From a bacterium (GTDB lineage Bacteria > Patescibacteriota > Minisyncoccia > Phycocordibacterales > UBA9973), in contig JBAWZD010000002.1 of the NCBI GenBank assembly GCA_037143195.1, positions 72,785 to 136,784 on the forward strand: 64,000 bases of DNA, read 5' to 3'. The first letter of the stretch is position 1. Each line of letters begins with the position of its first letter. The notes beneath the pieces were generated by a model, which worked only from the letters and a program-made list of their open reading frames with translations, had not been told where the DNA came from and did not search any database. The position numbers were made by a program, and so were the translations under genes. Shown here piece after piece: positions 30,604-40,355 of the stretch.

Positions 30604-32718
30604 ATGCGCCCCTCACGTCTTTTCATTCTGATCGCGAGTGTTATCGGATTCCTCATTCCGGTGGCACTTTTTGCTTCCACGGGTGGCATTGATGCGACGA
30701 ATCACACCGCACGATTGTGTTCGAACGAGGATTGTTCCGCCTATTCAATCGTCAATTGGAAACCAACAAACGGTGGGGGAGTTTCAATTACCGATACAAC
30801 ACTTTCTGGATATATTTGGTCAAACAAACTCGGATGGATCAATCTCGCGCCAATAAATGGCGGAGTGCACAACACCTCGAGCGGTACAGTCTCGGGCGAT
30901 GCATGGGGCTCGACCGCGAGTTGGGTGAATTTTCGTCCAACACACGGCGGAGTCACGATCAATCCGTCGACGGGGGAATTTTCTGGCTATGCATGGGTTT
31001 CCGGTGGCGGCTGGATGCTGTTTGATTGTTCCAAAGCCGATGCTTGTGTGAAGACTGATTGGCGTCCAACTGTTGTGGTGACGACGCACACCACTCCACC
31101 TCCTCCGCTCATTTGTCTCGACCGCACAGCGCTCAATTATGGAGGATCGCTTCCGTGTGTGTACCCGACACTGTGTACTGATACAACTGCGACCAATTAT
31201 GGTTCCGTTGGAATGTGTACGTACGCATTATTGTGTCAGGATCGAACGGCAACAAATTTCGGCGGGTCATTACCGTGTACGTATACGCTGACGTGTACTG
31301 ACACAACGGCGACGAATTACGGTTCTACCGGTAGCTGCACCTACGCGCTATTGTGTCGAGACCGCACCGCTACCAACTATGGCGGAGCATTGCCATGTTC
31401 CTATGCGACGACTTGTACCGATACTGCAGCGACCAACTACGGCGCGACGGGTGCGTGTACGTATGCGCCACCACCACTATGTCTTGATACAACTGCGACG
31501 AACTACCTCGGTTCATTTCCATGTGTATACGCAAGCACAATCTGTACTGATCCATCAGCTAGCAATTTCCGACAATCTGGCACCTGTGTGTATCCAACAA
31601 TAGTTCACACTGAAACGACCGGAGGGGGAGGCGGTTGTCCAATTTCTACCGCGACTGACATTGTCGGAGAAGTTATCGGCCAAGTAAAAAATAGTTACTG
31701 TAATACGACGCAGACTGTCGGCACGACATACAAAAAAGTAAAAGCGATTCTTGGTACGAGCACTGCCACAAAAGCTGAAGCTGTTGCTGCGACCGTGGGA
31801 GTTGTTGCAAGTGCTGCAACATCAATTTTCACCGCGCTCTTTTTGAATCCACTTTCATTCTCCGAAATCTTCCTGATCCCTGCTCGCTTGTGGTCGCTTC
31901 TCCTCGCTGCGCTCGGACTCAAAAAACGTCACCAGCCATGGGGCACGGTCTATGACAGTATCACCAAACAACCACTTGATCCTGCATATGTGACACTCCG
32001 TACTATTGAAGGAGAAGACGTCGTTTCCAATTTGACCGACCTCGATGGACGATTCGGATTCGTGGTGCCAAAGCCAGGTGTGTATTCAATCTTCGCGCAG
32101 AAGACGAACTATCTTTTCCCATCACAGCAACTCGTCGGACGTGACCACGACGAGCTCTACCGAGATTTGTATTTCGGCGAACACTTTACTGTTGAGAATG
32201 CGGGAGATGTCGTCATCAAAAATATTCCGATGGATCCAATGCATTTCGATTGGAATGAATTCGCGAAGAATCAACAGAACCTCATGAAGTTCTATTCGAA
32301 GCGTGACAAGATTTTGCGTCGCGTGTCCGACGTCCTTTTTGGCGCAGGATTTGCAATTGCGATTCTTGCGACAGTATTTGCCCCAAAACTATACAATATT
32401 ATTGTCCTCGTTTTGTATGTCGGACTCTTCTTCCTCCGTCAATATGGCAAACATTCACGACCATACGGAGATATCACCGATGCGAAAACCGGTTTGCCAC
32501 TTTCATTTGCGCTCATTCGCATCGCGTCGCTTTCAACTGGCGTTGAGGTCATGCACCGCATTGCCGATGCGCAAGGCCGATATTACGCACTTCTCCCAAA
32601 TGCCGACTACAAAGTCCGCATCGATCGCAAACTGCCCGACGGCACCTATCAAACCGCAGTCACTGACCTACCCGCAACCGTCAAGAAAGGCTATCTCTCG
32701 AGTAAATTCAAGGTGTAG
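30604..32718 (+). CDS. large surface/membrane protein with GYAW repeats, eight 20-aa two-Cys tandem repeats, and a C-terminal TM domain
   Basis: N-terminal anchor. Three repeats of LSGYIWSNKLGWINL / VSGDAWGSTASWVNF / FSGYAWVSGGGWMLF. Eight copies of xC(T/Q/R)DxTATNYGxxxxC(T/V)Yxx. A Gly5 linker and about four C-terminal TM helices. The stop codon lies inside a 42-bp perfect inverted repeat. Confidence 0.65.
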   Translation: MRPSRLFILIASVIGFLIPVALFASTGGIDATNHTARLCSNEDCSAYSIVNWKPTNGGGVSITDTTLSGYIWSNKLGWINLAPINGGVHNTSSGTVSGDAWGSTASWVNFRPTHGGVTINPSTGEFSGYAWVSGGGWMLFDCSKADACVKTDWRPTVVVTTHTTPPPPLICLDRTALNYGGSLPCVYPTLCTDTTATNYGSVGMCTYALLCQDRTATNFGGSLPCTYTLTCTDTTATNYGSTGSCTYALLCRDRTATNYGGALPCSYATTCTDTAATNYGATGACTYAPPPLCLDTTATNYLGSFPCVYASTICTDPSASNFRQSGTCVYPTIVHTETTGGGGGCPISTATDIVGEVIGQVKNSYCNTTQTVGTTYKKVKAILGTSTATKAEAVAATVGVVASAATSIFTALFLNPLSFSEIFLIPARLWSLLLAALGLKKRHQPWGTVYDSITKQPLDPAYVTLRTIEGEDVVSNLTDLDGRFGFVVPKPGVYSIFAQKTNYLFPSQQLVGRDHDELYRDLYFGEHFTVENAGDVVIKNIPMDPMHFDWNEFAKNQQNLMKFYSKRDKILRRVSDVLFGAGFAIAILATVFAPKLYNIIVLVLYVGLFFLRQYGKHSRPYGDITDAKTGLPLSFALIRIASLSTGVEVMHRIADAQGRYYALLPNADYKVRIDRKLPDGTYQTAVTDLPATVKKGYLSSKFKV

Positions 32719-32856
32719 CACAGAAAAGTGCAAAAAGGTGCTCTCGGAAGCACCAGCGTAAAATCCTGCTGGATTTTCGCCTCACGCTCGCGCCGTCGCG
32801 CTCCGCGAGTGCTTCCGAGAGCACCTTTTTGCACTTTTCTGTGCTACACCTTGCTT
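32715..32856. repeat. 42-bp perfect inverted repeat with ~58-nt structured loop, overlapping stop codon of surface-protein gene
   Basis: The arm GGTGTAGCACAGAAAAGTGCAAAAAGGTGCTCTCGGAAGCAC pairs with its exact reverse complement. The loop contains a CGCTCGCG motif and an inner small hairpin. Confidence 0.7.
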
Positions 32857-32957
32857 TTTTTCGAGACTCTATGTATAGTACTGACCTAAGCGAGTGCTCC
32901 TAGATATTGTTCGAGTTGCTTCTGGGTGTTACCTTGGCTTTTTATTTTAATTACTAC

Positions 32958-33383
32958 ATGCCTACAATAAATCAACTCTCAAAGAAGGGACGCAAACAAG
33001 TCGTCCAGAAGTCTCGAACGACCGCGCTTTCGCGTGGTTTTAACGCGCTTAAGAACCGCCCAATCTACTATTCGGCTCCGTTCAAGCGCGGTGTTTGTAC
33101 AAAGGTCACAACTACTACTCCAAAGAAGCCGAACTCAGCGCTCCGAAAGATTGCCCGTGTTCGTCTCTCAAACGGAATGGAAGTTACCGCTTACATCCCA
33201 GGTGAAGGACACAACCTCCAAGAACACTCAGTCGTCATGCTCCGTGGTGGACGTGTGAAGGACCTTATCGGAGTTCGTTACCACATCGTTCGCGGACGTC
33301 TCGATGCAGCAGGTGTTGAGAAGCGTCGCCAGTCGCGCTCTCTCTACGGTAACAAAAAGCCTAAGGCTGCCGTCAAGAAATAA
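32958..33383 (+). CDS. rpsL: 30S ribosomal protein S12
   Basis: PTINQL...[16 protein letters not shown]... Confidence 0.9.
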   Translation: MPTINQLSKKGRKQVVQKSRTTALSRGFNALKNRPIYYSAPFKRGVCTKVTTTTPKKPNSALRKIARVRLSNGMEVTAYIPGEGHNLQEHSVVMLRGGRVKDLIGVRYHIVRGRLDAAGVEKRRQSRSLYGNKKPKAAVKK

Positions 33384-33403
33384 TCCTCTAATCTCTACTT
33401 ACT

Positions 33404-33874
33404 ATGCGAAGACCAGTTAAAAAACGAAATATCCCAGGAGCAGACATCAAGTTCGGCTCAGAGCGTCTCGAAAAGTTCATCAACTACGTTATGCTTGATG
33501 GCAAGAAAGACAAATCACGCAAGTGTGTCTATGACGCCCTCGAAATCATCAAGGTCAAGACTGGAAACGAAAATCCTCTCGAAATCTTCGATGCTGCGAT
33601 CAAGAACGTCGGACCAGCAATTGAAGTTCGCTCACGCCGTGTCGGTGGAGCAAACTATCAGGTCCCACGCGAAGTTCGCCCAGAGCGCAAGCAAGCACTC
33701 GCATACCGCTGGATTATCGATGCTGCACGTGGCGGCAAAGGCAAACCAATGGCTGAGAAGCTCGCGAACGAACTCATGCAAGCTTTCAACAACGAAGGTG
33801 CCGCAATCAAAAAGCGCGACGATACAAAGAAGATGGCAGAATCAAACAAAGCTTTTGCTCACCTTGCTTGGTAA
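33404..33874 (+). CDS. rpsG: 30S ribosomal protein S7
   Basis: Canonical S7 sequence. A terminator follows at about 33888-33919. Confidence 0.9.
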   Translation: MRRPVKKRNIPGADIKFGSERLEKFINYVMLDGKKDKSRKCVYDALEIIKVKTGNENPLEIFDAAIKNVGPAIEVRSRRVGGANYQVPREVRPERKQALAYRWIIDAARGGKGKPMAEKLANELMQAFNNEGAAIKKRDDTKKMAESNKAFAHLAW

Positions 33875-34011
33875 ATCACACTTCATTTTTAAAAAATCCC
33901 CCATCGGGGGATTTTTTATTTGCAAAAACGCTCGCGATTCTGTATAGTTTCCGAACAAATGGGACTCGGTGTCTCTTTTTTTATTAGAATTGATTATATA
34001 TAAGTAATTAC

Positions 34012-36177
34012 ATGGAACGCGATTATCCTCTCAATAAGGTTCGAAACTTCGGTATCATTGCCCACATTGATGCCGGCAAGACCACGACATCTGAGCGTGT
34101 GCTCTTTTATACGGGTGTCTCCCATAAGATCGGAGAAGTGCACGAAGGTGAAGCTGTGATGGACTGGATGGAGCAGGAGCGTGAGCGTGGAATCACGATT
34201 ACGGCTGCTGCGACAACATGTTTTTGGACACCGACCTACGTCCCCGACGTCAAAGACTTGAGCAAGAAGTTCCGCTTCAACCTCATCGATACTCCTGGAC
34301 ACATCGACTTCACTGTGGAAGTGAAGCGTTCTCTCCGTGTGCTTGACGGTGCAGTCGTCGTCTTCGACGGTGTTGCCGGAGTTGAGCCACAGTCAGAGAC
34401 CAACTGGCGCTACGCCGACGAGGCCAATGTTCCTCGTATCTGTTTCATCAACAAGCTCGACCGAACAGGTGCAAACTTTGAGAAATCATTCGCATCTATC
34501 ATCGACCGTCTCAGTAAGAAAGCTGTTCGTCTCCACCTCCCAATCGGTCTCGAAGAAAAATTCGAAGGTGTTATTGACCTCCTCCAAAACAAAGCAGTTC
34601 GCTTTGAAGGAGACAAGGGTGAAAAGGTCGTTGTTTCAGACAACATTCCAGAAGATATGAAGGCCGATGTTGCAAAATATCGTGCAGAACTCATCGAAGC
34701 AATCGTTGCAAACGACGATGCAATGATGACTGCATATCTCGATGGTAAAGAGCCATCACTTGCTGACCTCAAAAAGGTGCTCCGCAAGGCTGTTATCGCA
34801 AACGACATCTTCCCAGTGCTCGCTGGAACGGCACTCAAGAACAAGGGTGTTCAGCTCGTGCTCGACGCAGTTGTCGACTACCTCCCATCACCATCTGACA
34901 TGCCACCAATGCATGCAATCAACCCTGACACCGAAGAGGATGTTGTCATCACGGCAAACGACAATGAGCCACTCTCAGCGCTTGCCTTCAAAGTTGCGTC
35001 TGACCCATTCGTTGGACAGCTCATCTTCTTCCGCGTGTACTCAGGAACGCTTTCTGCTGGATCATATGTCTACAACCCACGCACTCGCAACAAAGAGCGC
35101 GTTGGCCGTATCGTTCGTATGCACGCAAACGAACGTGAAGAAGTGAAGAAAGTATTCGCTGGAGAAATCGCAGCGGCAGTTGGACTCAAAGAGGCGATCA
35201 CCTCTGATACACTCTGTGAGCCAGAGCACCCAATCGCCCTTGACCGTATCGTCTTCCCAGAGCCTGTTATCTCGATGCGTATCGAGCCAAAGACAAAGGC
35301 TGACCAAGAAAAAATGGGTATGGCACTCAACCGTCTCGGTCAAGAAGATCCAACATTCCGCGTTTCAACAGATCAGGAAACAGGTGAGACAATAATCGCC
35401 GGAATGGGAGAACTTCACCTCGAAATCATCGTTGACCGTCTCAAGCGCGAATTCACTGTTGAAGTGAACGTTGGTAAGCCTCAGGTTGCGTACCGCGAAA
35501 CAATTTCGTCTGAATCAGAGGCTGAAGGTAAGTACATCAAGCAGACGGGAGGTCGTGGAAACTACGGTCACGTCAAGATCAAGATGAAGCCAATGGTCAA
35601 AATGACCAAGGAAGAAATCGAAGACCTTCCACGCAACACCAAGCGCGAAGAACACTTCGAATTCATCAACACAATCAAGGGAGGAGCTATTCCATTGGAA
35701 TACATCCCAGCCTGTGAAAAAGGATTCAAAGAAGGTCTCGATCGTGGAGTTGTTGCCGGATTCAAAATGGAAGATATTTCTGTTGAACTCTGGGATGGTT
35801 CGTACCACGATGTGGACTCAAACGAAATGGCCTTCAAGATTGCAGCCTCAATGGCAGTACAAGAAGCTGCGAAGCGTGCAAACCCTGTTATCCTTGAGCC
35901 AATGATGAGTGTTGAAGTGGTGACTCCAGACAAATTCATGGGAGACGTCACTGGATCGCTCTCAGCAAAACGTGGAATCATCGAAGGTATGGAGCAGCGT
36001 GGACTCAACCAAGCCGTCAAAGCTGTGGTGCCACTCTCTGAAATGTTCGGTTACATGACGAACCTTCGCTCAATGACAGAAGGTCGCGCAGGATTCACAA
36101 TGGAATTCCTCCGCTACGACATCGTTCCGAAGAACGTTGCTGATGAAATCGTCAAGGCTCGTTCAGCGACAGCGTAA
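34012..36177 (+). CDS. fusA: elongation factor G
   Basis: AHIDAGKTTT G-domain and EF-G domains II-V. Confidence 0.95.
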   Translation: MERDYPLNKVRNFGIIAHIDAGKTTTSERVLFYTGVSHKIGEVHEGEAVMDWMEQERERGITITAAATTCFWTPTYVPDVKDLSKKFRFNLIDTPGHIDFTVEVKRSLRVLDGAVVVFDGVAGVEPQSETNWRYADEANVPRICFINKLDRTGANFEKSFASIIDRLSKKAVRLHLPIGLEEKFEGVIDLLQNKAVRFEGDKGEKVVVSDNIPEDMKADVAKYRAELIEAIVANDDAMMTAYLDGKEPSLADLKKVLRKAVIANDIFPVLAGTALKNKGVQLVLDAVVDYLPSPSDMPPMHAINPDTEEDVVITANDNEPLSALAFKVASDPFVGQLIFFRVYSGTLSAGSYVYNPRTRNKERVGRIVRMHANEREEVKKVFAGEIAAAVGLKEAITSDTLCEPEHPIALDRIVFPEPVISMRIEPKTKADQEKMGMALNRLGQEDPTFRVSTDQETGETIIAGMGELHLEIIVDRLKREFTVEVNVGKPQVAYRETISSESEAEGKYIKQTGGRGNYGHVKIKMKPMVKMTKEEIEDLPRNTKREEHFEFINTIKGGAIPLEYIPACEKGFKEGLDRGVVAGFKMEDISVELWDGSYHDVDSNEMAFKIAASMAVQEAAKRANPVILEPMMSVEVVTPDKFMGDVTGSLSAKRGIIEGMEQRGLNQAVKAVVPLSEMFGYMTNLRSMTEGRAGFTMEFLRYDIVPKNVADEIVKARSATA

Positions 36178-36204
36178 GGTAAGACGACAAACGAATGAAA
36201 GAAG

Positions 36205-36240
36205 CAAAAGGCGCGCCCTTCGGGCGCGCCTTTTGTATAC
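36205..36240. terminator. bidirectional GC-hairpin terminator (copy 1 of identical pair)
   Basis: CAAAAGGCGCGCCCTTCGGGCGCGCCTTTTGTAT lies after fusA. Confidence 0.6.
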
Positions 36241-36388
36241 CGAAATGTGCCAATGATGCGTAGCCATATTTTGGTCAGTTTCTTTTTTTGTGTAGTAGTA
36301 TACAATTAAATGAGATTGATTAATTTAGGTTTATGCTAAGAATGAAAAAAATAATTTTAAACAAATATATCTGGGGGCACTATTTTTA

Positions 36389-37210
36389 GTGTGTTTTTGT
36401 CCTGTTACGTTGTTCGCGCAAGTATTATTTGGTGGTGATACTGGTTTTCGTGTCATATTATCCAATCTTACAACTACATCAGTAACAGTAACTATTCCCC
36501 CAGTTACAGGAAAAGTAGAGAAGGACGCGGTGTTTCATTTAAGAGATGCAACTGATAATAAAAATTGGGTCGGTGGGGATACATGGGCAGACCCAGTCGG
36601 TGGTTTCGATTTCGTTCCCTGCTGTACTGTAAAAATTGCGAACGGAACGATAACAAAAACGTTCACCTTGAAGCCCCAACATATTTATAACATTGATGCG
36701 ATGGTAAATTTTGAAAGCGATTTTCAGGACACCGATGCGATAGAATTTAATACAGGCTGCCCAGACTTGCCGGCCGGTCAACAGCGAGTCTCAGGTTCAT
36801 CATGTGACGACCCGAAACTTTCACCACCGGGAACAGTAAAGTCCTCTGGCTCGTCTGGATCTAACGATACAGGAAGTAACTCAACCTCAGGAGGTACTCA
36901 AAATGGAAATACGCTCGATGTAAAAGCATCAGGATTAAATCTCAAATTGAGTCTTGATAATCCAGTTGGTGATATCAAAACGATACCGGATTTTGTTGAG
37001 AAATGCCTAACCGCGGTGATGCTCCTGCTTTCGCCAATTATTGTGATAATGATACTTTATTCTGGATTCCTTTTTGTTACAGCACAGGGAAACTCAGAAA
37101 AGTTACAGACCGCAAAAAGTACGATTTTATACGCACTCATTGGCGCCGCTATCATTATTGGAGCGAAAGGATTTTCAACGGTAGTCGCGTCATTTTTTAG
37201 TCATTCGTAA
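36389..37210 (+). CDS. secreted protein with C-terminal double-TM segment (TrbC/VirB2 pilin-like tail), unknown function
   Basis: N-terminal hydrophobic signal. The C-terminus AVMLLLSPIIVIMILYSGFLFVTAQG...ILYALIGAAIIIGAKGF has two TM helices. The gene is bracketed by identical hairpins at about 36205-36240 and about 37223-37258. Confidence 0.5.
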   Translation: MCFCPVTLFAQVLFGGDTGFRVILSNLTTTSVTVTIPPVTGKVEKDAVFHLRDATDNKNWVGGDTWADPVGGFDFVPCCTVKIANGTITKTFTLKPQHIYNIDAMVNFESDFQDTDAIEFNTGCPDLPAGQQRVSGSSCDDPKLSPPGTVKSSGSSGSNDTGSNSTSGGTQNGNTLDVKASGLNLKLSLDNPVGDIKTIPDFVEKCLTAVMLLLSPIIVIMILYSGFLFVTAQGNSEKLQTAKSTILYALIGAAIIIGAKGFSTVVASFFSHS

Positions 37211-37222
37211 ACGAGAGAATAT

Positions 37223-37258
37223 ATATTTAGCAAAAGGCGCGCCCGAAGGGCGCGCCTT
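37223..37258. terminator. bidirectional GC-hairpin terminator (copy 2, loop inverted relative to copy 1)
   Basis: CAAAAGGCGCGCCCGAAGGGCGCGCCTTTTGTAT. The stem is identical to that of the hairpin at 36205-36240 and the loop is its reverse complement. Confidence 0.6.
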
Positions 37259-37364
37259 TTGTATTTCTCAACAATTCCTTTGCATAAACTTGATACCCAT
37301 TTTGGTAGTCTTTCTATAGCAAATTGTTCGTTGACAGCACTATAGCAATATTGATATATTTACT

Positions 37365-37670
37365 ATGTACCAGAATAAAGTATTAAGAAACGTTTCTGAA
37401 TTTATAAATAATCTTTCAAACAAAGAGCAAGGAAAAGTTCGACTTGCGCTCGATGCGCTACTGTATGGGCACTTTCAATCAGTCCATACTAAAATGCTCC
37501 GCTTTCCGATTCGTGAGTTGATAGTACTAAATTATCGTATTTTATTTTTCATCGAATCTGACGAAATATATTTTGTTTCTGCATTTACAAAAAAGACAGC
37601 CAAAACGCCGCTTCAGGAAATCGAAAATGCATTGCGAATCTATCACTATCTAAAAAACATATGGAAATAA
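37365..37670 (+). CDS. type II toxin, HigB/RelE-superfamily (Gp49-like)
   Basis: IRELIVLNYRILFFIESDEIYFVSAFTKKTAKTPLQEIENA matches the Gp49/HigB signature. It overlaps the downstream HTH gene by 10 nt. Confidence 0.6.
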   Translation: MYQNKVLRNVSEFINNLSNKEQGKVRLALDALLYGHFQSVHTKMLRFPIRELIVLNYRILFFIESDEIYFVSAFTKKTAKTPLQEIENALRIYHYLKNIWK

Positions 37671-37951
37671 TTAACGGGTTGGAATTTTATACAATGGACG
37701 AAGTCTTCAAAAAGGCTTCAAAATCAAAGGCTTTTATCAAGTCCTATAACGAGGAAGCCATGCGCTTAAATCTCGTCGTGGAGATCAAGCGCGTTCGCAA
37801 AGAGAAGAGGATGACCCAGCTCGCAGTAGCAAAGAAAGCCAAAATGCCACAGTCTGTCATCGCTCGCATCGAGAGTGGTCAACACAGCATTTCGCTCGCC
37901 ACACTCAACCGCATTGCTCACGCCCTCGGCAAACGCGTTCAGCTTGTGTAA
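37661..37951 (+). CDS. XRE-family HTH antitoxin (HigA-like)
   Basis: MTQLAVAKKAKMPQSVIARIESGQHSISLATLNRIAHALG is an HTH_3 domain. Confidence 0.65.
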   Translation: MEIINGLEFYTMDEVFKKASKSKAFIKSYNEEAMRLNLVVEIKRVRKEKRMTQLAVAKKAKMPQSVIARIESGQHSISLATLNRIAHALGKRVQLV

Positions 37952-38465
37952 TTCGAGCAAGTGTCGTCTCCTTAAACTCGACGCCGTAGTTTTTTGTGTT
38001 ACTCGTGTGATTTTAGCCTTATTTTGCTAGGTTATAGGATGTTGCGTTGTATAATTGTAAACAAGGTTCACTCATTTGTAAGTATTTCCCGAGAGCAACA
38101 CTGATAATGGGTTGTTTATCGGGGTATATTTATAAGTAACAGGGTCGAACCCCAGCCCTAACAATCATTCTATGATGAATTATTGTCAGTGTGCACAAAA
38201 GTGTGTAGCGTACATAACTCGCAGGAATGGGCAACGTGATTATGCTTATAAGCATGGTTATAAATGTTGGCCTGTACTTGATAAGAGGTCGTGTTCGGTA
38301 CATAACAAAAAACGATAATAGTTATTAATAACTATTATCGCGAAATGAAAAAGTCTCCTCTCTTTGTCCCGATGGGGACTTTTTCTTTTTTACCTCTACA
38401 TGAGAGAGTATAACCTATTATTTTTATTCTCGCTGTGGAAAAATAAAATAAAGGACATTTTTCAG

Positions 38466-38495
38466 TTGACATAGCCCCTAAATCTGCTAATATCA
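38466..38495 (+). promoter_or_regulatory. sigma70-like promoter upstream of tuf (TTGACA-16/17-TAATAT)
   Basis: Near-consensus -35 and -10 hexamers with 16-17 nt spacing lie about 230 nt upstream of the tuf ATG. Confidence 0.4.
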
Positions 38496-38724
38496 ACCTC
38501 GATAGCTCTCCCCAGGCTATTTTTTCGTGCCTGGGTGCGGACTTTCAGACGGTTAGTGGCTGTGGCAGAGGCAGTTTTGTCTTTTATTTCAAGGCTATTT
38601 TCACGAATAGTTCAAAGGCAAGCTTGGTGCCCCTGCTCTCGCCAGTAACCACCCTCGCGCAGGCTCGCGCATTATTAGTTCTTAATTTTATAAGCTTACT
38701 TTACTAAGTAGCTCAAAAAATCAT

Positions 38725-39924
38725 ATGGCAGAAGAATTCAACCGTTCCAAGCCCCATGTCAACGTAGGAACCATCGGTCACGTTGACCACGGCAAAACTA
38801 CTCTTACAGCAGCGATCCTCACGGTTCTTGCTCGACAGGGAAATGGTTACAGTGCAAAGCTCAAGGGTGTTGGAGATATCGACAAGGCTCCTGAAGAAAA
38901 GGCTCGTGGAATCACGATCGCCCTCTCTCACAACGAGTACGAGACTCCTACTCGCCACTACGCTCACATTGACGCTCCAGGACACGCCGACTACATCAAG
39001 AACATGATTACCGGTGCCGCTCAAATGGACGGAGCAATCATCGTTGTTGCTGCGACTGACGGTGTTATGCCACAGACTCGTGAACACATCCTCCTTGCAA
39101 AACAGGTTGGAGTGCCAAAGATCATCGTGTTCCTCAACAAGTGCGACATGGTTGATGATCCAGATCTCATCGAGCTCGTTGAAGAAGAAGTCCGCGAACT
39201 CCTCACCAAGCAGGGCTTCGACGGCGCAGGATGTCCTGTCATCCGTGGTTCAGGTCTCAAGGCTCTCGAGTCTGCAGACAACAATGATCCATGGGCACAG
39301 AAAGTTCTTGAGCTCGCAAACGCTCTCGATACTTACTTCCCACTTCCAGAACGCGACATCACAAAGCCATTCCTCATGCCGGTTGAAGATATCTTCTCAA
39401 TCGAAGGACGCGGAACTGTTGTTACAGGCCGTATCGAGCGTGGAGTTGTGAAGGTTGGTGAAGAAGTTGAAATCGTTGGAATCAAAGATACACAGAAGAC
39501 AACAGTCACTGGTATCGAAATGTTCAACAAGAACCTCAAAGAAGGTATCGCCGGCGACAACGCTGGAATCCTTCTCCGCGGTCTTAAGAAAGAAGACATT
39601 ACTCGTGGACAGGTGCTCGCAAAGATGGGTACTGTGAAGCCTCACTCTGAATTCGAATGTGAAGTTTACATTTTGAAGAAGGAAGAAGGTGGACGTCACA
39701 CTCCATTCTTTAAGGGATACAAGCCTCAGTTCTACGTTCGTACAACTGACGTGACAGGAGATGTCGTGCTTCCAGAAGGAAAGGAAATGGTTATGCCAGG
39801 AGATACAGTAACCCTCAAGGTTAAGCTCGTTACTCCAGTCGCCATGGAACAGGGAATGCGCTTCGCTATCCGCGAAGGAGGCAAGACTGTCGGTGCCGGA
39901 GTCGTAACCAGTATCATCGCGTAG
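38725..39924 (+). CDS. tuf: elongation factor Tu
   Basis: [18 protein letters not shown] and NKCD motifs. Confidence 0.95.
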   Translation: MAEEFNRSKPHVNVGTIGHVDHGKTTLTAAILTVLARQGNGYSAKLKGVGDIDKAPEEKARGITIALSHNEYETPTRHYAHIDAPGHADYIKNMITGAAQMDGAIIVVAATDGVMPQTREHILLAKQVGVPKIIVFLNKCDMVDDPDLIELVEEEVRELLTKQGFDGAGCPVIRGSGLKALESADNNDPWAQKVLELANALDTYFPLPERDITKPFLMPVEDIFSIEGRGTVVTGRIERGVVKVGEEVEIVGIKDTQKTTVTGIEMFNKNLKEGIAGDNAGILLRGLKKEDITRGQVLAKMGTVKPHSEFECEVYILKKEEGGRHTPFFKGYKPQFYVRTTDVTGDVVLPEGKEMVMPGDTVTLKVKLVTPVAMEQGMRFAIREGGKTVGAGVVTSIIA

Positions 39925-40001
39925 AACTCGTTCTTAGGTTCTCGGGGCTCGGTTCGAGCATTCGCTCGAACCGAGAACCGAGAAACTAAAACCTCATCAT
40001 T

Positions 40002-40355
40002 ATGGCTACAACAAAAACAAAAAAAACAGCTGAGGCTGCAAAAAGTGGTGAAGTTCGTCTCCGCATCCGCGTTCGAGCCTACGAGAACAAAGTTCTCGAC
40101 AACTCGGTCAAGCAGATCATGGACACAGCACTTCGTCATGACGCAGTCATCGCAGGACCAACACCGCTTCCAACAGAAATCAAAAAGTACACGGTCAACC
40201 GTTCACCATTCATCTACAAGAACACCCGTGAACAGTTTGAAATCCGCGTGCACAAGCGCGTGATTGATATCCTCAATCCAGGTGCAAAAACAATCGAAGC
40301 ACTCACCAGTCTCTCACTCCCAAGTGGTGTCGAGGTGGATGTCAAGATGATGTAG
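40002..40355 (+). CDS. rpsJ: 30S ribosomal protein S10
   Basis: Canonical S10 sequence. Confidence 0.9.
   Translation: MATTKTKKTAEAAKSGEVRLRIRVRAYENKVLDNSVKQIMDTALRHDAVIAGPTPLPTEIKKYTVNRSPFIYKNTREQFEIRVHKRVIDILNPGAKTIEALTSLSLPSGVEVDVKMM

Noticed and set aside
38130-38160. tRNA-like T-arm (CAGGGTCGAACCCCAG)
   Set aside because: It has no matching acceptor or D-arm and no GTTCRANYC T-loop consensus. I could not fold a cloverleaf around it.
39940-39995. Hairpin-rich sequence GGTTCTCGGGGCTCGGTTCGAGC...GCTCGAACCGAGAACC after tuf, considered as a repeat-family member
   Set aside because: It shares only short GCTCG strings with the dispersed repeats. It is better read as the tuf terminator or attenuator before rpsJ.
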